Assembly: GCF_000021865.1 (NCBI RefSeq)
Contig: NC_014034.1
Location: forward strand, 3,180,001 to 3,212,000
Direction: 5' to 3'
DNA length: 32,000 nucleotides
Source of the DNA: Rhodobacter capsulatus SB 1003
Lineage (GTDB): Bacteria > Pseudomonadota > Alphaproteobacteria > Rhodobacterales > Rhodobacteraceae
Within the stretch, counting starts at the first letter, position 1. Each line of letters opens with the position of its first letter. The notes under the pieces are model-generated. The model was not told the DNA's origin. It saw only the letters and a list, made by a program, of their open reading frames with translations, and did not search any database. This document shows positions 17,225-26,506 of this stretch, one piece after another. Position numbers and translations under genes: made by a program.

Positions 17225-19412
17225 AGCGTCCCTCGGCTTTCAAGCTGGCGGGCGTCTGCCCGATGGGAACCAGGATCTCGGCCAGCGCGTCGCGGACCGC
17301 GGCGGCCATGTCGCGCCCGCCGCAGACCATGATCTGCGCCCCCGCCCCGATCAGCCGCGCCAGTTCGGGCGCGTCGGCGCGCAGCGCGTCCTGCACATAG
17401 GTCTTCGGCCCGTGGCGGGAAAAGGCGGTGGTCAGGCGCGACAGCTGTCCCGCGGCCTGCCAGTCGCGCAGTTCGGCCTCGTAAAGCAGGTCGCTTTGAG
17501 GCGCGCGGGCGCCGAAATACAGGTGCATCGGCCGGTGGCGACGGTTGGCGCGCAGGAAGCCCGCCAGCGGCCCGACGCCGGTGCCCGCGCCGATCAGGAT
17601 CACCGGCTTGCGGCCCTTTTGCGGCCGGAACGCGGGGTTGCGGCGGACAAAGCCCGCGACCGTCGCGCCGGGGGTCAGATCGGTCAGCTGCCCCGAACAG
17701 AGCCCGCCCGGATGACGGCGCACGCAGATTTCCAAAAACCCGTCCCGCGCCGAGGAGGCGAGCGAATAAAACCGCGGCAGGTCCGAGCCCTTGGGGAGGA
17801 TGCCGATCAGATCGCCCGCTTCGAAACGCGCAAACCCCTGCCCGGTCAGCCGTTGCCAGAGCGTCGCTTGCGGCACCTCAAAGCGCAGGATCGAGGTCGG
17901 CGCCTGCACCTCGGCGCCATGATCGCGCCGCGAGATCAGGGTCAGCGCGGTGGTCTTCGGCCGTTCGGGCAGATGCGTCAGATCAAGCGGCAGACCAAGG
18001 ACGGCGCCCAGATCGCGGCTCCAGCGGGCGAAATCCTGCGCCGATTGCCGGTCGACGGTGGCCATCGGCATCAGGCTTTCCCAGCCGATCGCGGCAGCCG
18101 CGGCGCGCAGGCTTTCGGCAAAGCCGCAGAACTGCGGAAAGGTGCGATCGCCAAAGCCGAGGATTGCCAAGGGCGCGGCGGGGGCGGATGTCAGCGCGGC
18201 GATGCGGTCCAGGACAGCTTTGGCGGCGGTCGGGGCCTCGCCTTCGCCATAGGTGGCGGCCAGGATCAGGAACCGGCGGGCCCGGGCGTAACGGGCGGGG
18301 TCGAAGGAGGCGAGCGGCGCGGTGTGCACCTTTTGCCCGGCGGCAGTCAGGCCATCGTGAAGCGTGCGGGCAAAGCCCCAGGTCGTGCCGCCCTCGGACG
18401 CGACAAGCACCACGGTTTCGGCCAGTTGGGCCCGGGCATTGCGGCGGATGCGCCGGTTGGACCGCAGACCGGCCCACCAGTGCTGCGCCCCGGTCAAGGC
18501 CAGCGCCGGCACCGACAGGGACATCAGCCCGAGCAGCAGACCCAGCGCCGAGGCCCCCTGCCCCGTGTGCAGCATCACCATGATTTCCGTGGCTTTTTCG
18601 AAAAAGCCGGGGGTGGCCGAGGACAGCATCGCCCCGGTGCCCGGATCGATCAGCGCCGCGCCGCCCTCTGTCACCAGCTTGAACGTGTCGGTCGGATCGT
18701 CGGGCGAGGGCAGCGAAAGTTCCCGCAGCGCCGCGGCGGGGGTGTTCGCCAGCGCCGGGATCTGGTCATAGGGAAGCCGCGGCAGGGTCGCCGTCGCCAG
18801 CGCAGGCGCCGGTTCCGCCGCACCATCGGGCAAAAGCGAGAACATCGAGGCGGTCATCCACAGCGCGGTGAGGGACGACAGGATCAGCCCGCCCACGGCA
18901 AAGCGGGCCAGCTCCACATGCAGCCGCCCGGCAAAGGGGCCACGCGTGCGGCCAAACCAGCGGCTCCAGCCGCCCATCCGCCGCGCCACGAGCCAGGCCC
19001 CCGAAATCGCCAGCGCCAGCATCAGCGCCGCCCCCGCCGCCGCGACCAGCCGCCCGGTGTCCCCGGCGAACAATTCGCGGTGCAGATCGGTCAGGAACCG
19101 CGATCCGGGCAGCGGATCGGGGCTGCCCAGATCGGCGCCGGTCGCGGGGTCGATCACCGCCGCGCCGGGCCTGCCGCCCTCGAACCACCAGGCCACCACG
19201 CGCCCCGAAGGCGCGCGGCGGATCTGTTCGAGACCGGGATGGGCCGAGGCCACCCGTGCCGCCAGATCGGCGACCGTCAGCGTGCTTTCCGCCTGCGGCA
19301 CGGCAAGCCGTTCCAGCGCCGGGTAAAGCGACAGCGCGGATCCGGAAAGCGCCAGCACAAGAACAAGAAGCGCCGCCAGAAGGCCGGGCCAACGGTGCAG
19401 GAATCGCAGCAC
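17205..19412 (-). CDS. PepSY-associated TM domain fused to a CysJ-like flavodoxin/FAD/NAD(P)H reductase
   Basis: GTG start at 19412 after an AAGGAGG RBS. N-terminal PepSY_TM helices (FLHRWPGLLAALLVLVLALSG, DLHRELFAG). Then flavodoxin-like (VVLVASEGGTTWGFA), RFYSLASS (FAD binding), ILIGAGTGVGPLAGF (NAD(P)H binding) and a C-terminal GRYAEDVY. Confidence 0.88.
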   Translation of the reverse strand: MLRFLHRWPGLLAALLVLVLALSGSALSLYPALERLAVPQAESTLTVADLAARVASAHPGLEQIRRAPSGRVVAWWFEGGRPGAAVIDPATGADLGSPDPLPGSRFLTDLHRELFAGDTGRLVAAAGAALMLALAISGAWLVARRMGGWSRWFGRTRGPFAGRLHVELARFAVGGLILSSLTALWMTASMFSLLPDGAAEPAPALATATLPRLPYDQIPALANTPAAALRELSLPSPDDPTDTFKLVTEGGAALIDPGTGAMLSSATPGFFEKATEIMVMLHTGQGASALGLLLGLMSLSVPALALTGAQHWWAGLRSNRRIRRNARAQLAETVVLVASEGGTTWGFARTLHDGLTAAGQKVHTAPLASFDPARYARARRFLILAATYGEGEAPTAAKAVLDRIAALTSAPAAPLAILGFGDRTFPQFCGFAESLRAAAAAIGWESLMPMATVDRQSAQDFARWSRDLGAVLGLPLDLTHLPERPKTTALTLISRRDHGAEVQAPTSILRFEVPQATLWQRLTGQGFARFEAGDLIGILPKGSDLPRFYSLASSARDGFLEICVRRHPGGLCSGQLTDLTPGATVAGFVRRNPAFRPQKGRKPVILIGAGTGVGPLAGFLRANRRHRPMHLYFGARAPQSDLLYEAELRDWQAAGQLSRLTTAFSRHGPKTYVQDALRADAPELARLIGAGAQIMVCGGRDMAAAVRDALAEILVPIGQTPASLKAEGRYAEDVY

Positions 19413-19437
19413 GGGAATGCCTCCTTTTTTCAGGGGT

Positions 19438-19905
19438 TTACTTGGAAACGGTCAGGCTCTGGACGAAGTATTTCCCCGCCACCGGTTTGCCCAGATTGTC
19501 CGAGGTGAGCGGGATCGTGACGTCATCGGGCACGTCCGACATCTTCTCGACCGAACTGTCGACATGCAGGACATAGCCCTGATCGAACAGCGTATCGGCC
19601 AGATCGAGGGTGATCGTCAGCTCACGCCCCGCGCCGACCGAGGCCCCGGTGATGCCATCGACCTGCGCGGTATTGCCGCCGGTCGCCGCATACCAGCCGC
19701 CGAGGTGGCTGTAATATTTCGCCTTGCCGCCCGCCATCCAGAGGCTGCCGACATAGCCGCCCGTCGCATCGGTGACGTAATAGGCCAGATAGGCGCCGTC
19801 GCCGCCGTAAGCGCTCATCTGCGTGGTGAAGGTGACCGGGGTGGCGAGCGCCATCCCCGGAACAAGCGCGGTCGTGACCGCAAGCGCGGTGTGAAGCGGT
19901 TTCAT
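19438..19905 (-). CDS. DUF2271 periplasmic protein with an ApbE-type flavinylation motif
   Basis: Signal peptide MKPLHTALAVTTALVPGMALA. DGITGAS (19639..19659) fits the D-x-x-[ST]-G-A-[ST] FMN-attachment motif. GAGGAG RBS before the ATG at 19905. Confidence 0.85.
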   Translation of the reverse strand: MKPLHTALAVTTALVPGMALATPVTFTTQMSAYGGDGAYLAYYVTDATGGYVGSLWMAGGKAKYYSHLGGWYAATGGNTAQVDGITGASVGAGRELTITLDLADTLFDQGYVLHVDSSVEKMSDVPDDVTIPLTSDNLGKPVAGKYFVQSLTVSK

Positions 19906-19915
19906 CGCGGTCTCC

Positions 19916-20326
19916 TCAGTTCGTTTGCACTTGCGGTTTCGAGCCCGGCGCGAAAAGCCCGTTCGAGGGCGGGGCAACGGTGCCCGCCGCCGCCGGGGCC
20001 GCGCCGCAGCCGGTCGCACCGGGCGGGCAGTTGCGGCGGCCGTGATCGTCGTCGTCGTCATCATCGTCGTGATGGCCGTGGTGGCCGTGATGGCCGAACC
20101 AGCCGAAGAAGCCGTCGTCATCATCGTCATCATCGTGGTCATTGTCGGCCAGCTGCACCGGCTGCGCGGGGCTGCCTTGCGCCGAGGCCGCGACCTTGGA
20201 GGTGGCCAGCGCCGCGGCGGTATTGCCCGCAAAGACCGGCGCGTCGATCGGCGCGGCCGAAAGCGCGCCGACCACGGTCGAGGACAAAAGCACCGCAAGC
20301 GCGATCAGGGGAAGAGAGGATTTCAT
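19916..20326 (-). CDS. Secreted His/Asp-rich protein (putative metal binding), no family recognised
   Basis: Signal peptide MKSSLPLIALAVLLSSTVVGALSA, then DNDHDDDDDDDGFFGWFGHHGHHGHHDDDDDDDDH (20042..20146) and a CPPGATGC pair. AGGAAA RBS. Codon usage is compatible with its neighbours. Called from ORF context only. Confidence 0.6.
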   Translation of the reverse strand: MKSSLPLIALAVLLSSTVVGALSAAPIDAPVFAGNTAAALATSKVAASAQGSPAQPVQLADNDHDDDDDDDGFFGWFGHHGHHGHHDDDDDDDDHGRRNCPPGATGCGAAPAAAGTVAPPSNGLFAPGSKPQVQTN

Positions 20327-20428
20327 CTGTGATTTCCTTTGGTTGCATCAGACATGAAGGCACCCGGCCCGGACCGGAGGTCCGGGGAAAAGGCGCTTTG
20401 GGAAGGGTGGGCGGCGGCTCCGACCAAG

Positions 20429-20454
20429 GAAAAACCGCCGCCCTGTCCGGGCGG
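20429..20454 (-). terminator. Possible intrinsic terminator or attenuator after the small PepSY gene
   Basis: On the minus strand: CCGCCC-GGACA-GGGCGG, then CGGTTTTTCC, 8 nt after the PepSY stop. Confidence 0.4.
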
Positions 20455-20461
20455 ACCCGGA

Positions 20462-20815
20462 TCAGTCGTCGTGATGGGGGGAACGATCCTTGTCGTCGTG
20501 GTCATCGCCGCGACGGCGGTGATGGTCGTCGTCATCGTCGTCGTCGCCGCGGCGCAGGATCTGCAACGAGCCGGGGTCGAGCCGCATCCGCACCCGCAGC
20601 CCGGTCGCATCCCGCGCATCGACTTCGTAACAGCCGTCGTCGATCTTGATGCGCCGCACCGTCAGGCCCTGCTGTTCCACCAGCGCCTGCACCGCCTCGC
20701 GCGGTTGCCAGTCGGCCATCGGCACGATGCAGTCATTGTCATGCGCGGCGGCGGCGGGGGCCTGTGCCAGCACCACCAAAGCGGCGAAAGCGGGCAGGAA
20801 GCGGGAAGCGGTCAT
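20462..20815 (-). CDS. Small periplasmic PepSY-domain protein with an Asp/His-rich C-terminal tail
   Basis: ATG at 20815 (GGAGGA RBS), signal peptide MTASRFLPAFAALVVLAQAPAAAA, PepSY-like core (VQALVEQQGLTVRRIKIDDGCYEVDARDATG) and tail RRGDDDDDDDHHRRRGDDHDDKDRSPHHDD (20465..20545). The track ORF 20462..21523 is a composite with antisense of the response regulator. Confidence 0.75.
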   Translation of the reverse strand: MTASRFLPAFAALVVLAQAPAAAAHDNDCIVPMADWQPREAVQALVEQQGLTVRRIKIDDGCYEVDARDATGLRVRMRLDPGSLQILRRGDDDDDDDHHRRRGDDHDDKDRSPHHDD

Positions 20816-20863
20816 CGGGTCCTCCATCAGGATGAGGCCCTTTTGCCCCGCGTTTCTGACGAC

Positions 20864-20907
20864 AAGCTGAAGCGTTCGAAAAACCTGCTTCAGCTTCCCG
20901 TCAGCTT
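20864..20907. promoter_or_regulatory. Candidate operator in the divergent PepSY / response-regulator intergenic region
   Basis: 10-bp perfect inverted repeat AAGCTGAAGC (20864-20873) / GCTTCAGCTT (20887-20896), plus a TCAGCTT direct repeat with 11-bp phasing (20890-20896 and 20901-20907). Confidence 0.45.
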
Positions 20908-20944
20908 GGCACAGGATAGGACAAGGGGGAACAAGGAGCCCGCC

Positions 20945-21604
20945 ATGCGCATCCTCATCGTGGAAGACGACGCCATTCTGGGGGCCGCGGTGCGCGATCA
21001 GGTGGCCGCCGACGGCCATTCGGTCGATTGGGCGATGCGGCTGGATCAGGCCGCGGATGCGCTGGCGGTGGCGGCCTATGATCTGATCCTGCTCGATCTG
21101 ATGCTGCCCGACGGCCGCGGCATTCCGTTTCTGAAAACCCTGCGCACACAGGGGGTTGCGACGCCGGTGATCATTCTGACCGCGCTTGATCAGGTCTCGG
21201 ACCGGATCGAGGGGCTGAATGCCGGGGCCGATGATTATCTGGTCAAGCCCTTCGATCTGGCGGAGCTGACGGCGCGGATCGGCTCGGTGGCGCGGCGCTA
21301 TGCGGGCAATCCCAATCCGGTCATCCGTCTGGGCGAGCTGACGATCGACCTTGCCGCGCGCGAGCTGCGCCGGGCGGGCAAGGCGGTCGCGCTGACGGCG
21401 CGGGAATGGGCGCTTTTCGAGCTGCTTCTGTCCCGCCCCGGGCAGATCTTTCCGAAACGCGACCTCGAGGACCGGCTTTATTCTTTCGACGACGAGATCG
21501 GCTCGAATACTTTGGAAGTGCATGTCTCAAGGCTGCGCAAGAAACTGGGCGCGCAAGTGATCGAGACCGAACGCGGCCTTGGCTACCGGCTGGCGCGGCC
21601 ATGA
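20945..21604 (+). CDS. OmpR/PhoB-family response regulator
   Basis: MRILIVEDD..., DLILLDLMLPDG (phospho-acceptor Asp) and a winged-helix C-terminus (LTAREWALFELL, LEVHVSRLRKKL). AAGGAG RBS before the ATG at 20945. Confidence 0.92.
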   Translation: MRILIVEDDAILGAAVRDQVAADGHSVDWAMRLDQAADALAVAAYDLILLDLMLPDGRGIPFLKTLRTQGVATPVIILTALDQVSDRIEGLNAGADDYLVKPFDLAELTARIGSVARRYAGNPNPVIRLGELTIDLAARELRRAGKAVALTAREWALFELLLSRPGQIFPKRDLEDRLYSFDDEIGSNTLEVHVSRLRKKLGAQVIETERGLGYRLARP

Positions 21605-22929
21605 GACCGGCGTCGCTGCAAGCGCGGCTGGCCATTGCGGTGGGGCTTCTGGTCACCGTCCTTTGGATCGCGGCGGCCAGTTTTACCGCCTGGCGGCAGC
21701 GGCTGCAGATGGATGCGATGTTCGATGCCTCGTTGCAGGAAACCGCGCATCGGGTCCTGCCGCTGGTCGTTTCCGACATCCTGAGCCGCGGCGATCTGGT
21801 GACGGGCACGCAAAGGGTGCCCGCGGTGCGGCCGCATGACGACAGCTTCAGCTATATCGTGCGCGACGACAAGGGCTCGATCCTGATGATCTCGCATGGG
21901 GCCGATCCGGGGCTGTTTCCGGCCTGGGACGGGATCGGCTTTCGTTCCACCCAGGCCTTGCGGCTTTACAATGACGCGGCGTTGCAGGGCACGGTGCGGA
22001 TCTCGGTGGCCGAGCCGATGGTGCATCGCAAGCGCATGGCTTTCGAGGTGCGGATGGGGCTTCTGGCGCCGATCGCGCTGGTCTTGCCCCTGACGCTTGC
22101 CGGGATTGCCGGGCTGATCCGCTACGGTTTCGCGCCGCTGCGGCAGTTCCGGCTGCGGCTGGCCCGGCGCGGAGCCGCCGATCTGACGCCGGTGGACGCA
22201 AGTGCCCTGCCCGCCGAGGTGCAGCCGCTGGCCGAGACGCTGAACGCGCTGCTGACCCGGCTGGACGACGCCTTTCAGGCCGAGCGCAGCTTTGCCGCCA
22301 ATGCCGCGCATGAGCTGCGCACGCCCTTGGCAGGGGCGATCGCGCAGGCGCAGCGGCTGCGCGCCGAGACGACCGACCCCGCGGTGATCGCCCGGGCAAG
22401 CGACATCGAAACCGTGCTGAAGCGGCTGACCCGGCTCTCGGAGGGGCTGATGAGCCTTGCCCGGGCCGAGGGCGGACGGCTGCGGCGGGATACGGTGCAG
22501 GATCTGCGCCCGGTGGTGCGGATCGTCACCGAGGATGCGATGCGGCTCGCGGGCGGGGCCGGGGTCACGATGGATCTGCCCGAGGGGCCGGTGCTCTCCG
22601 ATCTTGACCCGGATCTGTTCGGGATTCTGGTGCGCAATCTGGTGTCGAACGCGCTGCGCTATGGCACGGAGGTGCGGCTCCGGCTGGAACCGGGGCTTGT
22701 GCGGGTCGAGAACGATTGCGAGCCGCTGCCGCCCGAGGTTCTGGCGCGGATCGGGGCGCGGTTCGAACGCGCGCCCAGCGCCCTGCGCGGCGGCGCGGGG
22801 CTTGGTCTGGCGATCGTGCAGACGATCCTGACCCGTGCCGGGGGGACGCTGCTTCTGAGCTCTCCCCTGCCCGGTCAAAGCCGCGGCTTTGCCGCCGAAG
22901 CCCGGTTCGCCGCCCGTCAGCAGGCCTGA
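21601..22929 (+). CDS. Sensor histidine kinase (two TM segments, HisKA + HATPase)
   Basis: ATGA overlap with the regulator stop. H-box [15 protein letters not shown] boxes ([19 protein letters not shown]). A periplasmic loop lies between hydrophobic segments. Confidence 0.9.
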   Translation: MRPASLQARLAIAVGLLVTVLWIAAASFTAWRQRLQMDAMFDASLQETAHRVLPLVVSDILSRGDLVTGTQRVPAVRPHDDSFSYIVRDDKGSILMISHGADPGLFPAWDGIGFRSTQALRLYNDAALQGTVRISVAEPMVHRKRMAFEVRMGLLAPIALVLPLTLAGIAGLIRYGFAPLRQFRLRLARRGAADLTPVDASALPAEVQPLAETLNALLTRLDDAFQAERSFAANAAHELRTPLAGAIAQAQRLRAETTDPAVIARASDIETVLKRLTRLSEGLMSLARAEGGRLRRDTVQDLRPVVRIVTEDAMRLAGGAGVTMDLPEGPVLSDLDPDLFGILVRNLVSNALRYGTEVRLRLEPGLVRVENDCEPLPPEVLARIGARFERAPSALRGGAGLGLAIVQTILTRAGGTLLLSSPLPGQSRGFAAEARFAARQQA

Positions 22930-22956
22930 AAAGCCCCGGTCCGCAACCGGGGCTTT
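22930..22956. terminator. Bidirectional terminator between the kinase (+) and the lsrF-like gene (-)
   Basis: AAAGCCCCGGT-CCGCA-ACCGGGGCTTT with flanking A/T runs. Confidence 0.7.
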
Positions 22957-22975
22957 CTGGATTTTCCGCGTGACG

Positions 22976-23851
22976 TCAGCCCTTGAGATCCAGGAAAAGC
23001 TGATAGGCCTCCTTGGCGGTGAAGTTTTCATGCACGACCTTGGCCACCGCCTGGATCATCGCCACCGGAGCCTCCGACTGGAAGATGTTGCGGCCCATGT
23101 CGACGCCCGCCGCGCCCTGATCGATGGCTTTATACGCCATGTCGAGCGCCTCGAGTTCCGGCAGTTTCTTGCCGCCCGCGATCACCAGCGGCACCGGGCA
23201 ACCGGCGGCGACCTTCTCGAAGCCCTCTTCGACGAAATAGGTCTTGACGTATTGCGCACCCAGTTCCGCCGCGATCCGCGTCGCCAGACCGAAGTAGCGC
23301 GCGTCGCGGGCCATGTCCTTGCCGACCCCGGTCACGGCCAGCGTCGGAATGCCGTAGCGGGTGCCGGTGTCGATCAGTTTCAGGACGTTGGTGATCGATT
23401 TGTGCTCGTATTCCGAGCCGATATAGACCTGCGCCGCCATCGCGCAAACGCCCAGCCGGATCGCATCCTCGATCTCCACCGCGACGGTTTCGTTCGAAAG
23501 CTCGGTCAGGATCGAGTTCCCGCCCGAGCAGCGCAGCGCCACGGGCTTGGTGTTCGTCGGCGGCACGGTCGAGCGCAAGGCGCCGCGGGTGCACATCAGC
23601 ACGTCGGCGTAGTCGCACAGCGGCAGGATGTTCAGGTCCATCCGTTCGAGCCCCGTCGCCGGACCCTGGAAATAGCCGTGGTCAAAGGCGAGCATGACCG
23701 TGCGGCCGGTCTTCGGGTTGAAGATCCGCGACAGGCGGTTCTTCATCCCCCAGTCGTAATGGGCCGCGCCCTTGAGGTAGAAGCCCTGCAGGTCGGCAGG
23801 CCGGTCGAGCCCGAAATCCTTGCCTTCCTTGATGTCGTCGAGATCGGCCAT
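22976..23851 (-). CDS. lsrF: LsrF-type class I aldolase-fold enzyme (3-hydroxy-5-phosphonooxypentane-2,4-dione thiolase-like)
   Basis: [13 protein letters not shown]...[25 protein letters not shown]...DVLMCTRG...[11 protein letters not shown]...VTGVGKDM...KTYFVE...IAGGKK...[11 protein letters not shown] is colinear with E. coli LsrF as I recall it, and both are 291 aa. Track ORF trimmed to the ATG at 23851 (AAAGGAA RBS). Confidence 0.85.
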   Translation of the reverse strand: MADLDDIKEGKDFGLDRPADLQGFYLKGAAHYDWGMKNRLSRIFNPKTGRTVMLAFDHGYFQGPATGLERMDLNILPLCDYADVLMCTRGALRSTVPPTNTKPVALRCSGGNSILTELSNETVAVEIEDAIRLGVCAMAAQVYIGSEYEHKSITNVLKLIDTGTRYGIPTLAVTGVGKDMARDARYFGLATRIAAELGAQYVKTYFVEEGFEKVAAGCPVPLVIAGGKKLPELEALDMAYKAIDQGAAGVDMGRNIFQSEAPVAMIQAVAKVVHENFTAKEAYQLFLDLKG

Positions 23852-24097
23852 GGTCGTTCCTTTCATTTCAGGCCGGAGCCGGTTCCTGGCCCCGGAACGG
23901 GCAGAGGGGGGCCGCCCCCCGCCTGCGATCGGCGGCAAGATACCCTGCCCACCGCGAATGTCCCAGCGAAGCCGAGGCCCCGCCGCCGACATATTGCCGC
24001 ATCTGCAAGCGCTTGGCGGCGTTTCCCGGGGCGCTGTTTACGTAATGTTTCCGCTTCTGTCCTAGGGTCCGGGCGACTTGGAAGGGAACAGGAACCG

Positions 24098-26386
24098 ATG
24101 AAACACCCGTTGAAATCCGTCTCGGGCAAGCTTGGTCTCGCGGCAGGCCTTGCGATTTCGCTGATCGTTCTGGGCTACACGGCCTATAGCGGCTGGAAAA
24201 CCTCGGCCCGGGTCGAGGCGCAGGTGATGGAGACGGCGACCGGCAAGGCCCGATTCGCCGCCGGTGAAGTGGCCCGGCAGATGACCGAGGCCGTCGCCAC
24301 CGCGGAAGCCCTCAACGGCATGGTCACCGGCTACATGCGCCACGGCCAGGCCGAGACGCCCGAGATCATCGCGATGCTGAAACAGGTTCCGATGCGCTAT
24401 GACAACCTGTTTTCGTCCTGGATGTCGGCGATCCCCGGCGGGGTGACCGACAGTTTCCTGACCGGCACCGACGGGCGAAACGCCGCGGGCGACTTTTCGC
24501 CCTACTGGACCAAGGACGGCAAGGGCGGGCTGACCTTCCAGACCTTCCCGATCGACCCGAAGGAAATGTGGTTCGACGTCCCCACGAAAACCGGCAAGAG
24601 CCTGACGACAGAGCCTTATCTGACCAAACAAGGCTATGTGGTCACCTCGATCTCGGTGCCGATGCAGATCGACGGCAAGATGGTCGGGCTGATCGGCGTC
24701 GACATCACGCTGGAAGAGATGTCGCAGATGATGGGGGAGATGGAGACCTTCGAGGGCGGGCGGATGATGCTGGTCGACGCGGCCGGCAAATGGATCGCCA
24801 ACCCCGACCCGGCGCTGTTCACCAAACCCTACGAGGGGATCGGCGCCGATCTGGTCAAAGCCGCGCTGGCCGATGGCAAGCCCCGGGTGATCGAGGGCTT
24901 CGAGGATGGCACGCGCAGGCTGGTTTATCCGTTCAGCGCCAAGGGGATGAATGTCACCTGGGCGACCATTCTGGACGTTCCGGGGGCGGTCTTCACCACC
25001 CCGGTTCACCACGAGGTGCTTGCCACCACGCTGGGCGGGTTGGCGATTCTGGTGATGACGCTGGGGGCGATCTATCTTGCCGCCTCGGCGCTGGTGCAGC
25101 GGCCGCTCGGGCGGATGCTGGCGGCGGTGAACGGGCTGGCGGCGGGGGTCTATGACACCCCGGTTGCGGGCACCGAACGGCGCGACGAGATCGGCGCCAT
25201 GGCCGCCTCGGTCGAGACCCTGCGGCATGTGCTGGCCGACCGCAAGCAGCTTGAGGCCGAACAGACCCGGCTGCGCGCCGAAGCCGAGACGCAGCGCCTG
25301 CAGCGCGAGGCCGAAGCGGCGCGGATGCGCGACGAACGCGAGGCGAGCCGTCTGGCCGAGATCGACCGCGACCGCCGCGAGGCCGCCGCGCTCGAAGAGG
25401 CCCGCCGCGCCGAGGAGGCGCAGCGCGAAGCCCATGCCAACGAACAGTCGCAGGTGGTCGAAAGCCTGGCCTCGGGCCTGCGCGATCTGGCGCGGGGCGA
25501 TCTGTCGGTGGCGATCTCGACCCGGTTCCCGCCCGCCTATGAACAGCTGCGGATCGATTTCAACGAAACCGTGGCGCGGCTGTCGGATGTGATGGGATCG
25601 ATCGATGCGGCGACGCGCTCGATCACCGGCGGCGTCGCCGAGATCACCGGCGCGACCACCGATCTGTCGCGGCAGGCCGAAACCGCGGCGGCGACGCTGG
25701 AGCAAACCGCGGCGGCGCTGAACGAGCTGACCGCCTCGGTGCAATCGGCGGCGCAAAGCGCGCGGCAGGTCGACACCATCGTGCGCGGCGCCACCGAAAA
25801 GGCGCGGACCACGACCCAGGTGGTCGAGGAAACCGTGACCGCCATGGGCGCGATCCAGACCTCGTCGGAACAGATCTCGCGGATCATCACCGTGATCGAC
25901 GACATCGCCTTCCAGACCAACCTGCTGGCGCTGAACGCGGGCGTCGAGGCCGCCCGGGCGGGCGAGGCGGGCCGCGGCTTCGCCGTCGTCGCCTCGGAGG
26001 TGCGGGCGCTGGCGCAACGCGCCTCGGAAGCCGCCCGCGAGATCGGCGCGCTGATTTCCAGCTCGGGCGATCAGGTGACGACCGGGGTCGCCCTTGTCGG
26101 CCGCGCCGGAGAGGCGCTGCGGGTCATCGTCGAGGCGGTCGAAACGATTTCCAGCCATGTCGGCGAGATCGCGTCTTCGGCGCATGAACAGGCCTCGGGC
26201 ATCGGCGAGATCAGTTCCGCGATGAACCAGCTCGACCGGACGCAGCAGCACAATGCCGCCGCCTACGAGGAAACCGCCGCCGCCTGCATGACATTGAGCG
26301 GGCAGACCCGCGGGCTCGAGGAACTGGTCAGCCAGTTCCGCATCGGCGCCCCGGCGCGCGACGCGCAAGACAGCGCCGCCGCCTGA
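24098..26386 (+). CDS. Methyl-accepting chemotaxis protein with a periplasmic Cache-type sensor
   Basis: ATG at 24098, two TM segments flanking a roughly 280-aa periplasmic domain, HAMP, then the conserved signalling hairpin [40 protein letters not shown]. The track ORF start at 22889 is antisense to lsrF. Confidence 0.92.
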   Translation: MKHPLKSVSGKLGLAAGLAISLIVLGYTAYSGWKTSARVEAQVMETATGKARFAAGEVARQMTEAVATAEALNGMVTGYMRHGQAETPEIIAMLKQVPMRYDNLFSSWMSAIPGGVTDSFLTGTDGRNAAGDFSPYWTKDGKGGLTFQTFPIDPKEMWFDVPTKTGKSLTTEPYLTKQGYVVTSISVPMQIDGKMVGLIGVDITLEEMSQMMGEMETFEGGRMMLVDAAGKWIANPDPALFTKPYEGIGADLVKAALADGKPRVIEGFEDGTRRLVYPFSAKGMNVTWATILDVPGAVFTTPVHHEVLATTLGGLAILVMTLGAIYLAASALVQRPLGRMLAAVNGLAAGVYDTPVAGTERRDEIGAMAASVETLRHVLADRKQLEAEQTRLRAEAETQRLQREAEAARMRDEREASRLAEIDRDRREAAALEEARRAEEAQREAHANEQSQVVESLASGLRDLARGDLSVAISTRFPPAYEQLRIDFNETVARLSDVMGSIDAATRSITGGVAEITGATTDLSRQAETAAATLEQTAAALNELTASVQSAAQSARQVDTIVRGATEKARTTTQVVEETVTAMGAIQTSSEQISRIITVIDDIAFQTNLLALNAGVEAARAGEAGRGFAVVASEVRALAQRASEAAREIGALISSSGDQVTTGVALVGRAGEALRVIVEAVETISSHVGEIASSAHEQASGIGEISSAMNQLDRTQQHNAAAYEETAAACMTLSGQTRGLEELVSQFRIGAPARDAQDSAAA

Positions 26387-26506
26387 CCCGGCGCCCGCGC
26401 CTGACCGGGGGAACGTCTCTCTGCGGCGGGTCCGTCCGGTCGGACGCTCTGCCGCAGGGTGCATGTCGCCTCTGGCGTCGGCGGCGCGGGCGTGGTTGAA
26501 CATCCC

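Noticed and set aside
13973-17332. 1119-aa plus-strand ORF opposite the PAS-GGDEF-EAL and apbE genes
   Set aside because: Same reasoning: the opposite strand carries clear EAL and ApbE motifs, and this translation is low-complexity R/G/P/Q-rich.
19925-20332. Plus-strand ORF with a striking poly-Val/Ile hydrophobic tract (VIVVVVIIVVMAVVAVMA)
   Set aside because: It is the mirror image of the GAC/GAT/CAC (Asp/His) triplet runs on the minus strand. The minus-strand ORF has a signal peptide, an RBS and operon context, and this one has none.
22889-24097. N-terminal extension of the MCP ORF (track start 22889)
   Set aside because: It is antisense to the LsrF-like gene and crosses the divergent promoter region. 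The MCP begins at the ATG at 24098 with a normal N-terminal TM segment.
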